From Clostridia bacterium (lineage in GTDB: Bacteria > Bacillota > Clostridia > UBA1381 > UMGS1253), in the NCBI GenBank assembly GCA_045636325.1, contig JAZTXH010000016.1, positions 82,956 through 146,955 of the forward strand: a stretch of 64,000 nt of DNA. Direction: 5' to 3'. The stretch's first letter is position 1. Every line of letters starts with the position of its first letter. The notes under the pieces are model-generated. The model was not told where the DNA came from and ran no database searches. It saw only the letters and a list, made by a program, of their open reading frames with translations. This document shows, in pieces, positions 29,706-40,829 of this stretch. The position numbers and the translations under genes are program-made.

Positions 29706-30079
29706 AACAAAAGCAGATGTGAGTTTGAACTGCACCGGCTTGTGCTGTCTGCACAAACCGGTGCAGTTCATTTCAAGAGAGCCGGTTGTTAAAGGCAAGT
29801 ATTACCTTGATAAAATTTGAAAAGATAAATCAGTTCGATTTATCCTAAAAAAAGTGAGTGTTTTAGGGCAAAATTGCCTTATCCGGTTGTGAAACGAAAA
29901 TGAACATCTGTTCATTTGACGAGGTGCATTTTTATTAGTTCTAATGGATATTTGCAGCTAATACTATTTTATGTTTCAGCAATATGGATTTGAAAACCAA
30001 ATGTAAAAGAATATAAAAACGCAAAAATGTATAGAATATGAACAAATAGTTAAATAATGCAAAAAAATAGAAATATTAC

Positions 30080-30108
30080 TTGACAAAAGAGATATATCGT
30101 GGTATCTT
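30080..30108 (+). promoter_or_regulatory. hrcA-grpE-dnaK-dnaJ promoter
   Basis: TTGACA at 30080-30085, a 17-nt spacer, and TGgTATCTT ending at 30108. Confidence 0.6.
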
Positions 30109-30119
30109 ATTAACTGTGA

Positions 30120-30146
30120 TTAGCACTCAACTGTTTAGAGTGCTAA
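30120..30146 (+). promoter_or_regulatory. CIRCE operator (HrcA binding site)
   Basis: A perfect TTAGCACTC-N9-GAGTGCTAA lies between the promoter and hrcA. Confidence 0.93.
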
Positions 30147-30191
30147 CAAAGGAAAAAGTTTAGGTAAAAATAGCATAAGGGGGGAGCCGAA

Positions 30192-31253
30192 GTGGAGCTT
30201 GGCGGCAGAAAGAGAAAAATTCTGCAGGCAATAATTGAAGATTATATAATAAATGCAGAACCAATCGGGTCAAGAACCATTGCCAAGCGTGATGATATGG
30301 GGCTTTCCAGTGCAACGGTAAGAAATGAAATGGCGGACCTTGAGGATATGGGGTATCTTATTTCTCCACATACATCTTCGGGAAGAGTGCCAACCGATAT
30401 GGGCTACAGATTTTATGTTAATGAGCTTATGAACAGCTATGATATGGCAATGGCTGATGTAGTCAAGTTAAGAAGGCTTTTCAGTGCAGGAATTCTACAG
30501 CTTGATCGGCTTATCAGGCAGGCAAGCGACATTGTTTCACAGCTTACAAGCTATACGGCAGTTGCCGTAACACCGGAGCTTAAAAAGTCGTATGTAAAGC
30601 GGTTTGAATTAGTTCCCGTTGATGAAAAATCGGCCCTTTTGGTGCTTGTTACAAATGAGGGCATTGTTAAAAATCAGCTTATAAATGTAAGTGATGATGA
30701 AATTTCATTAAGAAGACTTTCTTTGGTTTTGAATGAAAGGCTTGCAGGGCTTACCATAGAGGAAATTAATCTTAATATAATAAATGATGTGCAGAAAATG
30801 CTTGGCAGCAGCCCAGCGGTGCTTATGCCGATTTTAGAGTTTATTCATCAGTCTATAAGTGAGCTTGACGGAAGTGAAGTTTACGTTTCCGGCAGAAAAA
30901 GCATACTTGCCCATCCTGAATACAGAGATATTGGTCAGGCAAGGCAGTTTTTAGAGCTTCTGGATGATAAGGAAAGCTTAAAGCACGCTGTAGATCAAGG
31001 TGCAAAGGACGGCGGAATTGAAATTATAATTGGTAATGAAAATGACATTGATGAAATGAAGGGCGCTTCAATTGTTACTGCTAAATATACATCAGGCGGT
31101 AAGACCATTGGTAAAATCGGTATTGTGGGACCCACCAGAATGGATTATGCAAAAGTTGTTTCGTCACTTGATTTTATTGCAAAAAGTATGGACGGAATAG
31201 TTGATGAGCTTTATAAAGAGGAGAAAGGTAGTGTAGATAGTGGCGAAGAATAA
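30192..31253 (+). CDS. hrcA: heat-inducible transcription repressor HrcA
   Basis: The N-terminus contains RKRKILQAIIEDYI..AEPIGSRTI. It is the first gene of the dnaK operon. Confidence 0.95.
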   Translation: MELGGRKRKILQAIIEDYIINAEPIGSRTIAKRDDMGLSSATVRNEMADLEDMGYLISPHTSSGRVPTDMGYRFYVNELMNSYDMAMADVVKLRRLFSAGILQLDRLIRQASDIVSQLTSYTAVAVTPELKKSYVKRFELVPVDEKSALLVLVTNEGIVKNQLINVSDDEISLRRLSLVLNERLAGLTIEEINLNIINDVQKMLGSSPAVLMPILEFIHQSISELDGSEVYVSGRKSILAHPEYRDIGQARQFLELLDDKESLKHAVDQGAKDGGIEIIIGNENDIDEMKGASIVTAKYTSGGKTIGKIGIVGPTRMDYAKVVSSLDFIAKSMDGIVDELYKEEKGSVDSGEE

Positions 31254-31782
31254 AAAAGATGAAGAAATAAAAAATGAAGATGTAAATGCACAAGAAAATG
31301 AAACTGAAGTTGCAGAAGAAACCGGAGAAGAAACTCAAGCGAAAGAAGATTTTGTATCAAAAGAAAAAGAACTTGAAGAAAAGTATTTGCGTCTTGCAGC
31401 AGAATATAAAAACTATCAGGCAAGAAGCCAGAGAGAAAAAGACGAGCTTTATTCAAAATCTGTTTCCGATGCAGTGGAAATGCTTTTGCCTGTTATAGAC
31501 AGTGTTGAAAGGGCAGAAGGTATGGCAAAAGAGTCAAAATCTGTTGAAGATGTGTGTGCCGGTATCGAGCTTATTGCAAAAATGACAAGAGAAGCTTTTG
31601 AGAAACTTGGCGTTGAAGCTATTGAGGCTGTTGGCAAAGAGTTTGATGCAAATGTTCACAATGCGGTTATGCATACAGATGATGACAGCGTTGGAGAAAA
31701 TACAGTAGTGGAAGAATTTATGAAAGGCTATAAAATGAAAGATAAGGTTATCCGCTACAGTATGGTGAAGGTAGCAAATTAG
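31240..31782 (+). CDS. grpE: nucleotide exchange factor GrpE
   Basis: It has an acidic N-terminus, the sequence LRLAAEYKNYQARSQRE, and the expected operon position. Confidence 0.9.
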   Translation: MAKNKKDEEIKNEDVNAQENETEVAEETGEETQAKEDFVSKEKELEEKYLRLAAEYKNYQARSQREKDELYSKSVSDAVEMLLPVIDSVERAEGMAKESKSVEDVCAGIELIAKMTREAFEKLGVEAIEAVGKEFDANVHNAVMHTDDDSVGENTVVEEFMKGYKMKDKVIRYSMVKVAN

Positions 31783-31821
31783 GCGATTTAATTAATAAAT
31801 ATTTTCATTATATAATTTTAG

Positions 31822-33669
<1,848 letters not shown>

Positions 33670-33835
33670 GGTTTAAACGGATATTTCAGGGCGGAGATTA
33701 TAATTTTCCGCCCTTTAATACCGCTTTTGAATAGGCTATATGTTTTAAGTCACAATATGTTTACATAAATTTGATTGAAATATTTTATGAAATGTGTTAG
33801 AATAATACCTATCCATTATTAAAGGAGTTTGTAAA

Positions 33836-34981
33836 GTGGCAGAAAAGCGAGATTATTATGAAGTACTTGGCGTTTCAAAGGGTGCTTCTGACGATGAAAT
33901 AAAAAAAGCATACAGACAGGCGGCAAAGAAATATCATCCTGACCTGAATCCGGGAAAGGAAAAGGAAGCTGAGGAAAAATTTAAAGAAGTTAACGAGGCT
34001 TATGATGTTTTGAAAGATCCTGAAAAAAAACAGAGGTATGACCAGTTCGGGCATGCGGGGGTTGACCCATCATATGGTGGCGGTGCAAGCTATGGAGGCG
34101 GATTTGGCGGCTTTGATATGGGCGATATTTTTGACACTTTCTTTGGTGGAGGCTTTGGAGGAAGGAGCCAAGGCAGCGCTAGAAGAAACGGTCCGAGAAA
34201 GGGAAAAGATATTCAGCAGAATATTCAGATTACCTTTGAAGAGGCAGCGTTTGGTGTTAAAAAAGAAGTTACCATATACAGAATGGAAACTTGTAAAACA
34301 TGTAACGGAAGCAAGGCGAAGCCGGGCACAAGCCCTGCAAGGTGTGGTGTGTGTGGTGGTTCGGGGCAGGTGAGAACAACACAGAGAACGCCTTTCGGCA
34401 GTTTTCAGTCAACGTCTACATGCAGTCAGTGTAATGGTGCAGGTGAGGTAATAAACACTCCCTGTAATGATTGTCACGGCACAGGTCAAATTCGTCATCA
34501 ACGCAAGATAGAAGTTAATATTCCTGCAGGTATTGATAATGACCAGACAATTTCCATACGCGGTGAAGGAAGCTCCGGAATAAAGGGCGGTCCTCATGGT
34601 GATTTATACATTACGGTTAACGTTTTAAAACACGAAATATTTACAAGACGGGGCTTTGATGTGGTATTGGAAATGCCTATAAGCTTTACCTCGGCGGCTT
34701 TGGGGGATACTCTTCGTGTGCCGACACTTGATGGCGAGGTTGAATATAAAATTCCTGAGGGAACGCAAACGGGAACAGTATTCAAGTTTAAAGGAAAAGG
34801 TATAACACGTCTGCAGTCAAAGGGCAGGGGCGACCAGTATGTTAAAGTTAATGTGGAGGTGCCTAAAGGGCTTAGCGAAAAGCAGAAAGCTCTTTTAAGA
34901 GAATTTGAAGCCCTTGATAACGGAAATAATCAGGCAAAAAGCAAATTTTTTGAAATGCTTAATAGATTTAAAAAGAAATAA
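33836..34981 (+). CDS. dnaJ: chaperone DnaJ
   Basis: It has a J domain (HPD), a G/F region and four CxxCxGxG zinc motifs. Confidence 0.97.
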   Translation: MAEKRDYYEVLGVSKGASDDEIKKAYRQAAKKYHPDLNPGKEKEAEEKFKEVNEAYDVLKDPEKKQRYDQFGHAGVDPSYGGGASYGGGFGGFDMGDIFDTFFGGGFGGRSQGSARRNGPRKGKDIQQNIQITFEEAAFGVKKEVTIYRMETCKTCNGSKAKPGTSPARCGVCGGSGQVRTTQRTPFGSFQSTSTCSQCNGAGEVINTPCNDCHGTGQIRHQRKIEVNIPAGIDNDQTISIRGEGSSGIKGGPHGDLYITVNVLKHEIFTRRGFDVVLEMPISFTSAALGDTLRVPTLDGEVEYKIPEGTQTGTVFKFKGKGITRLQSKGRGDQYVKVNVEVPKGLSEKQKALLREFEALDNGNNQAKSKFFEMLNRFKKK

Positions 34982-35113
34982 ATTAAACAAAAGTGCCTTA
35001 AACTTATACAAGATTATGCAATTTTTTGTTATTTAAGTTAAATAGATTCAATGTGAGATAATTCCATTGCTTAGCAATATTTTTCACACGACAAAGGCAT
35101 ATTTCACAAAAAA

Positions 35114-35141
35114 AAGACTATTATGAAGAATAGTCTTTTTT
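35114..35141. terminator. bidirectional terminator shared by dnaJ and tRNA-Arg
   Basis: aagactatt pairs with aatagtctt. A-runs and T-runs lie on both sides. Confidence 0.7.
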
Positions 35142-35218
35142 TGGCGCACCCGATGCGATTCGAACGCACGACCTACAGAGTCGGAGTCTGTCACTCTATC
35201 CAGCTGAGCTACGGGCGC
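35142..35218 (-). tRNA. tRNA-Arg (anticodon CCG), CCA encoded
   Basis: The reverse complement is GCGCCCGTAGCTCAGCTGGATAGAGTGACAGACTCCGACTCTGTAGGTCGTGCGTTCGAATCGCATCGGGTGCGCCA. It folds as a cloverleaf with anticodon loop CTCCGAC. Confidence 0.9.
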
Positions 35219-35234
35219 ATATTTAATTTGCCAC

Positions 35235-35269
35235 AGAAAAAAGCGGATACTCATATTTAAAGCATCCGC
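35235..35269 (-). terminator. terminator of the 39-aa peptide gene
   Basis: On the minus strand, gcggat..atccgc is followed by T6. Confidence 0.65.
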
Positions 35270-35295
35270 AAATTTCTTACGTATTAAACGAAAAA

Positions 35296-35415
35296 TTAAA
35301 GGTCGCCACAATCTTCAATTCCGCTAAAGGCAGCATCGCCACCAAACAAGAAAGACAACATAATCTCTTCATCAAATGATACAACCTCAACAGTAGGAGT
35401 TTCATACTTTCTCAT
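35296..35415 (-). CDS. 39-aa peptide MRKYETPTVEVVSFDEEIMLSFLFGGDAAFSGIEDCGDL
   Basis: The ATG is preceded by AAAGGTG. The gene has a perfect consensus promoter and its own terminator. It is below the ORF-track cutoff. Confidence 0.45.
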   Translation of the reverse strand: MRKYETPTVEVVSFDEEIMLSFLFGGDAAFSGIEDCGDL

Positions 35416-35465
35416 ATAATAACGCACCTTTCTTAACAAAATTCCAAATATAAATTCATGATATC

Positions 35466-35494
35466 ATTATACTAGAAAAATTAATGATTGTCAA
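35466..35494 (-). promoter_or_regulatory. perfect consensus sigma-A promoter for the peptide gene
   Basis: On the minus strand: TTGACA (35494-35489), a 17-nt spacer, and TATAAT (35471-35466). Confidence 0.65.
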
Positions 35495-35997
35495 CAATTT
35501 TAAAAAATTTTTTCTGTTGCAAGTTTTTTGCAAAGAGTGTTTTTAATATCAATAGAGATATATTTTATTTTTTTGCAGTTATGATATGGTAAAAATTGCA
35601 CCTTTTCAAAGTTTTAAAGTTTTGTCATACACTCTGTCTTTTTTGTTATTTTAATGGCATTTACTTTGGGGCGCAAAGGGGGGATACATCCTTTTAAATC
35701 AATATATAAAAGATTGTCTAAAGTAATTTTGTTAGTATTTTCGGTGTATTTAATATGTATATTTTTGTCAATTGATTTTAAGTCGTATAAATATATATGT
35801 GTAGGGCATAACTTTATTAAGCGCTTCTCGGTTTACAAAACCGCAAGTATCAGCAGATATATAGTTTTATTAAGCTTTTTTAAACAATGGCGAACAATCA
35901 GCGCGGATAAGGCATTCTCATACTAAAAGGGTTACCAATACCTGATGCTTCGTAAAACTTTTTATCCTCGCGAAACTTAAGTATAAGAAAATCTATA

Positions 35998-36306
35998 TCA
36001 GTTTTTGCTCCATATAGCTTCAGTGTTTGCAAAGACATATATCTTCTTGTTTTCAGAAGACTGTGGATTTTTCTCTTGGAAATTTATGTGCTTAGTATTC
36101 AATTGTGTGGGTATCGCACCATTTTTGCATTCACTGCATTTTATGAATTTATGCTTTGTGTATAAAAGTCGAGGATAAACGCTTATGATTTCAGGATTGT
36201 TACACCATGCAATTTTAAGGGAAAACGCATAAAAAAACACAGTTGTTCTGATGCTGCCGCCGTCATGTATAGCAAAGGACTTTATATCGCAAATAAGAGT
36301 TTCCAA
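35998..36306 (-). pseudogene. truncated, degenerate glycyl-radical-enzyme activase (radical SAM) remnant
   Basis: IKSFAIHDGGSIRTTVFFYAFSLKIAWCNNPE aligns by eye to the PflA-type motif S...DGPGIR..VF..GC.L.C.WC.NPE. Two of the three cluster cysteines are lost. The ORF stops after 102 aa, whereas activases are ~250-300 aa. Confidence 0.5.
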
Positions 36307-36460
36307 TTTTTTAAACGCTAATTATTTATATTATAATTATAAATGCAAAGTTAAAAAAGGCAATGCATAATTCAATTAAGATGTGCAATCCTTAAATTAA
36401 AGATATTTATTTTCACCGGCATAACCCTACAGAGCATGCCGGTGAAAAATGCTAAGAATT

Positions 36461-36628
36461 TTAATGCGGAAGAACATCGCGCATAGCGCGTTTCATATCG
36501 TTTACCATATATCCGGCTTTTCTTGCGGCGCGTTTGCGTTGCTTTGGAGTTATGGGGTCTAATATAATAGCTATGGTTGCGCCTGCAAGTGCACCGGCAA
36601 TTGCTCCCTTAAAAAAACCTGTCCGCAT
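36461..36628 (-). CDS. small YtxH-like/glycine-zipper membrane protein (55 aa)
   Basis: The sequence is MRTGFFKGAIAGALAGATIAIILDP.... The ATG follows AAGGAGGG. A terminator hairpin lies at 36405-36445. Confidence 0.55.
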   Translation of the reverse strand: MRTGFFKGAIAGALAGATIAIILDPITPKQRKRAARKAGYMVNDMKRAMRDVLPH

Positions 36629-36808
36629 AAACTTACCCTCCTTTTTTAAAAATTGCAAATCTTTCTTGACTGCAGTATTATTATGTGTCTCATAAGAAGA
36701 ATTAAACTTTTAAAATCTGGCTTAAATGCAAGAAAGAAGCAGATGTAAATTTTTATTGACTTATGTTTATTTGTATGTTAGAATGTGGGTATGGGGGAGG
36801 TGAATGGT

Positions 36809-37288
36809 ATGAACGAAAGTGTAGCAGTTGCAGGCGGTGTTTTTGGTGGCCTTGCGGCATTGATTTTAGGGCTGGTGGGTTTTGTTTTTGTTTTATTGTG
36901 GTTTGTCGGCACCGGTGTTATTCACAATAAGCTTTGCTGGAAGCATCCGAATCTTTTTCCTGTTTTGACTATTTTGTTGTTTTTTGTAAATCCCATCGGA
37001 ATTATGATTTCTGTTTTTGCAATCAGTGCAAAAAGCAATAAGATGAGAGAAGAGGCATATAACAGTATGATTGCTGACCCGTCAGACAGAAGGGTGGATG
37101 AGCTTATTGAATTTCTCAACAGGTACAAGTGCCCTAACGACCCCAATTCGTGGCACCGCTTAAGAGGTGTGTGGTATGCTTGTAATCAGAGTGATAATAT
37201 AAGTGTGGCTAAAAAGGAAGAGCTAAAAACATTTCTTCTCATGCAGGGATTGTACTTAAACAGAGATGAGGCTCAGATAAAACACTGA
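36809..37288 (+). CDS. hypothetical membrane protein
   Basis: It has two or three TM segments and a soluble C-terminal domain. The ATG follows GGGGGAGGTG. Confidence 0.5.
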   Translation: MNESVAVAGGVFGGLAALILGLVGFVFVLLWFVGTGVIHNKLCWKHPNLFPVLTILLFFVNPIGIMISVFAISAKSNKMREEAYNSMIADPSDRRVDELIEFLNRYKCPNDPNSWHRLRGVWYACNQSDNISVAKKEELKTFLLMQGLYLNRDEAQIKH

Positions 37289-37385
37289 ATCAAAAAAGAG
37301 TAGTGTGTTGACAAGCAATTGAAAATATGTTATAATGTAGAAAAGCTTTTAAAATTACATAAAACTTCTGAAAGGGTACATTATT

Positions 37386-38108
37386 ATGAATAGAGAGAAA
37401 TATACTATAGATGATTTATTAATGATAATGAAAAAACTCAGAAGTGATAACGGCTGCCCGTGGGACAGGGCGCAGACTCATGATTCCATTAAAAGCAGCA
37501 TGATAGAAGAGAGCTATGAGGTAATTGATGCTATTGATAAGCATGATGATAAAATGATGGCAAACGAGCTTGGGGATTTGCTTTTGCAGATTGTGTTCCA
37601 TTCTGAAATTGCATCGGAGCGGGGCAAATTTGATTTTTTGGATGTAACTGACGAAATTTCAAGAAAGCTTATAAGCCGTCACAGTCATGTTTTTGGCAGT
37701 GACAGTGCCGGCGATGCTGAAACGGTGTTGGATTTGTGGGATAAAAACAAAAAAGAAGAAAAAGGCTTTTTATCCGCTACTGACACTTTAAGGGATGTTC
37801 CGGAGTCATTTGCGTCACTTATGAGAGCTCAGAAGGTTTTAAAAAGAGCTAAGAAAAGCGGTATGGAGTTTTCACCTGACTTTGGAAATGAAGAAGACAT
37901 TTTAAACAGTATTATTGAATGTGCTTCTGATATGAAAAAAGACATAGCAAACGGTGCAGATGGTGAAGATGGGCTTAAAAAACTTCTTTTGCTGAATGCG
38001 GCGCTTGGCATGGTAATAGGTAAAGAATGCGAAATATTGCTTAAAAAGTCAGTTGATGAGTTTATTGAAAAGTTTAGCGTTTTAGAGCAAGTTGCACAAC
38101 AAAATTAA
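37386..38108 (+). CDS. mazG: MazG-family nucleoside triphosphate pyrophosphohydrolase
   Basis: It contains GCPWDRAQTHDSIK..IEESYEV and ELGDLLLQIVFH. Confidence 0.85.
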   Translation: MNREKYTIDDLLMIMKKLRSDNGCPWDRAQTHDSIKSSMIEESYEVIDAIDKHDDKMMANELGDLLLQIVFHSEIASERGKFDFLDVTDEISRKLISRHSHVFGSDSAGDAETVLDLWDKNKKEEKGFLSATDTLRDVPESFASLMRAQKVLKRAKKSGMEFSPDFGNEEDILNSIIECASDMKKDIANGADGEDGLKKLLLLNAALGMVIGKECEILLKKSVDEFIEKFSVLEQVAQQN

Positions 38109-38262
38109 AAGTTTTTGTGTAAAATGCACTCAAAAAACTGTAAGATGTCCATAAAATAAGGTTTTTTTTGAAAAAATAAAAAAGTTTTTTGAAAAAAATA
38201 AAGGATTTTAAAAAAGGGCATAGAATTTTATATCTGTCAATATTTTTAGGAGGTAATATATA

Positions 38263-38535
38263 ATGAACAAAGCAGAATTAATTGCAAACGTTGCTGCGAC
38301 AGCAGGGTTGACAAAAAAAGATGCAGAAAAGGCTATTAACGCATTTATTGAGAACGTTGAAGGCGCACTAAAGAAGGGTGACAAAGTTCAGTTAGTTGGT
38401 TTCGGTACTTTTGAAGTTCGTGAAATCGCTGAAAGAACAGGCAGAAACCCCGCAACAGGTAAAGAAATTAAGATTCCTGCTTGCAAGAAACCCGCTTTCA
38501 AAGTTGGTCAGGGTCTAAAGAACGCTCTTAACTAA
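38263..38535 (+). CDS. hup: HU DNA-binding protein
   Basis: It contains MNKAELI...GFGTFEVRE.AERTGRNPATGKEIKIPA. Confidence 0.95.
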   Translation: MNKAELIANVAATAGLTKKDAEKAINAFIENVEGALKKGDKVQLVGFGTFEVREIAERTGRNPATGKEIKIPACKKPAFKVGQGLKNALN

Positions 38536-38611
38536 TTAAGAAAAAAGACTGTTCCGTATAAAATGCGGAGCAGTTTTTTTGTTAATACAAAAGGTATAAA
38601 AGGAGAAAAAT

Positions 38612-38851
38612 ATGAGACTTGATAAATATTTAAAGATATCACGGCTTATAAAGAGGCGCAGTGTGGCAAATGAGGCTTGTGATACGGGCAGAATTTATGT
38701 AAATGGTAAAGTTTGCAAAGCATCCTACGATGTTAAGGTAGATGATATTATTGAAATACACTTTGGCGAAAAAATTGTTAAAGCAAAGGTTTTAAAGGTG
38801 GTCGAGCATGCTTTAAAAGACGATGCCGCACTTATGTATGAAATTCTGTAG
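38612..38851 (+). CDS. S4-domain RNA-binding protein (YabO-like)
   Basis: It begins MRLDKYLKISRLIKRRS and is syntenic with yabP. Confidence 0.8.
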   Translation: MRLDKYLKISRLIKRRSVANEACDTGRIYVNGKVCKASYDVKVDDIIEIHFGEKIVKAKVLKVVEHALKDDAALMYEIL

Positions 38852-38927
38852 TTCTAAAAATAATATGTCTTCATATATTTATAATACTAAAAAAAGCTAC
38901 TGTTTATGTGGCAGATTGGAGACATAT

Positions 38928-39200
38928 ATGGCAAGCTTAGCTGAAAATGAAAGACATAGCTTAACTATGGAAAACAGAAACCGCGTTTTTATAACCGGCG
39001 CTACAGAACTTGAAAACTTTGAAGAAAAAAATATGACAATTAAAACTACTATGGGACTTCTTTTTTTAAAGGGCGAAGATATGCATATTATCAAATTTGA
39101 CACTGATGCAGGAGAAATCGTGATTGAAGGTGAATTTGATGCGGCAGAATATGCTGAAAGTGACGGAAAGGGCAGCTTTTTATCCAGGCTGTTTGGGTAA
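38928..39200 (+). CDS. yabP: sporulation protein YabP
   Basis: The pattern HSLTMENRNRVFITGATELENFEE..MTIKTTMGLLFLKGEDMHI matches YabP. Confidence 0.8.
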   Translation: MASLAENERHSLTMENRNRVFITGATELENFEEKNMTIKTTMGLLFLKGEDMHIIKFDTDAGEIVIEGEFDAAEYAESDGKGSFLSRLFG

Positions 39201-39205
39201 GGTTT

Positions 39206-39772
39206 ATGTCAGCCGGACTTAATGAACAGCTGTGGATTTTTCTCTTGATGCTTGTTTATGGGGCGGTAGCGTCAGGTATATTTGACATTTTAAGAAGCAT
39301 ATACCGCATTTTTAAACCATCTGCCTTGACTGTGGGGATAGGGGATATTCTTTTTTGGCTTGTAATAAGCGTGTTGACGTTTTTTGCAATTTTTATATCA
39401 AATAACGGGCAGATTCGTTTATTTGAGTTTTTTGCTATGATTCTGGGCAGTATTATTTATTTTCTAACGCTGTCGAAGGCAGTAATTTTTATGTTTTCGG
39501 CGGTGTTTTTCTGTTTAAAAAAAATTTTTATATTTTTTTTAAAATTTTTCTTGACTATTGCGCGATTTTTGTATAAAATGGTATTAAGAGTTTTTGTGGG
39601 TATTTTTATGCCCGTTTTTAAATTGATAAAGAAAATCAGGGCGTGGCTGTGGCTTGTTTGCTTCCGTTTTAAGAAGAGAGCGGGAGCTATATTTAAAGCA
39701 AAACGCAGGGCGAAAAAAATGAGTAAACAAAAAAGGGAAAGGAGGCTAATGCATGCAAAAGAAAAAGAATAA
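39206..39772 (+). CDS. yabQ: spore cortex protein YabQ-like
   Basis: It is a membrane protein containing NNGQIRLFEFFAMILGSIIYF. It sits after yabP and has a long Lys-rich tail. Confidence 0.6.
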   Translation: MSAGLNEQLWIFLLMLVYGAVASGIFDILRSIYRIFKPSALTVGIGDILFWLVISVLTFFAIFISNNGQIRLFEFFAMILGSIIYFLTLSKAVIFMFSAVFFCLKKIFIFFLKFFLTIARFLYKMVLRVFVGIFMPVFKLIKKIRAWLWLVCFRFKKRAGAIFKAKRRAKKMSKQKRERRLMHAKEKE

Positions 39773-40064
39773 CAAAAGAAAAAAAAGTGTAAGCGCGCTT
39801 CATGTGTTTTTGCGCGTGTTTACTATTGTTTTTGCAGTGTTCACTATTGTTAAAGTTATCGCGCAGCAGCCTCTTTTAGGTCAGTATGATAATAAACTGG
39901 ATGAGTATGACAATCTGATTGCTGAAGAAAATGAGAAGATTGAATATTACGGCAATTTAAAAGAGCTTTATAAGACGGAGGAATATAAAATCCTTATAGC
40001 CAAGGAAAGGCTTGGGTTGCTTGAAGAAAATGAAAAGGTTTACATTGCCGCAAACGGTGAGTAA
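39753..40064 (+). CDS. divIC: septum formation initiator (DivIC/FtsB family)
   Basis: It has an N-terminal TM helix and a coiled coil, and contains KERLGLLEENEKVYI. Confidence 0.7.
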   Translation: MQKKKNNKRKKSVSALHVFLRVFTIVFAVFTIVKVIAQQPLLGQYDNKLDEYDNLIAEENEKIEYYGNLKELYKTEEYKILIAKERLGLLEENEKVYIAANGE

Positions 40065-40146
40065 TACGGTTTGGGGATTTATAAAATATGTATAGATAAC
40101 AAAACGGAGTATGTGGCATATACTCTTGAGGGGGAAAGCTGTTTTT

Positions 40147-40614
40147 ATGGCACTTGAAGTTGGAGCAGTAGTTGAGGGAAAGGTTGTAAGCATAATGCCT
40201 TTTGGTGCGTTTGTTTCGCTTCCCGAGGGGAAAACAGGATTGGTACATATTTCGGAGGTATCACTTGATTATGTTGAAAATGTTGCAGAGCATTTAAGTG
40301 AAAATCAGGAGGTTCGTGTTAAGGTTGTTGGAATCGATCCTAAAGGAAAGATAAGTCTTTCTATTAAAAAAGTTCTTTTGGATGAGAAAAAGGTGGCTCC
40401 GGCAAAGAAGCAGGAGCGAAGTCAGGTGCATGTAAGACCGGCGAATATTGATTGGCTTAGTAATAATTCAAACACATCTGCGGATTTGTCTTTTGAAGAT
40501 ATGTTAGGCAAGTTTAAAACTGACAGTGATGAAAAAATGCAGGCGCTAAAGCGCAGCAGTGAATCAAAGCGCAGAGGCGGTTACAAGCGTTCATCTGGAA
40601 ATAATTATTTTTAA
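40147..40614 (+). CDS. S1-domain RNA-binding protein (YabR-like)
   Basis: It contains VGAVVEGKVVSIMPFGAFVSLPEGKTGLVHISEVS. Confidence 0.85.
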   Translation: MALEVGAVVEGKVVSIMPFGAFVSLPEGKTGLVHISEVSLDYVENVAEHLSENQEVRVKVVGIDPKGKISLSIKKVLLDEKKVAPAKKQERSQVHVRPANIDWLSNNSNTSADLSFEDMLGKFKTDSDEKMQALKRSSESKRRGGYKRSSGNNYF

Positions 40615-40829
40615 TATAAAAAACCGGATTATCAAGTCCGGCTTTTTGTATTTTTTGTATTGTATAAATTTTTGCGTGAATTTTATGGGCGGATGCACGC
40701 ATAGGGCACTTGGTAGGCATCCGCACCCTACAATGATGTAATTGAATTGATAATATTTTGTAGGACACATTGCTCTTCATCGTACCGCGTTTATATATTA
40801 ATATAGATGTTAATTTTACGGAGGAAAAA

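Noticed and set aside
35654-35926. 90-aa plus-strand ORF in the AT-rich gap near the rSAM remnant
   Set aside because: It has no SD and its composition is driven by AT-richness. It lies in what looks like decayed DNA.
38160-38215. Duplicated T6-G-A6-rich segment upstream of hup
   Set aside because: These are simple A/T tracts, probably an UP-element or DNA curvature, and not a distinct feature.
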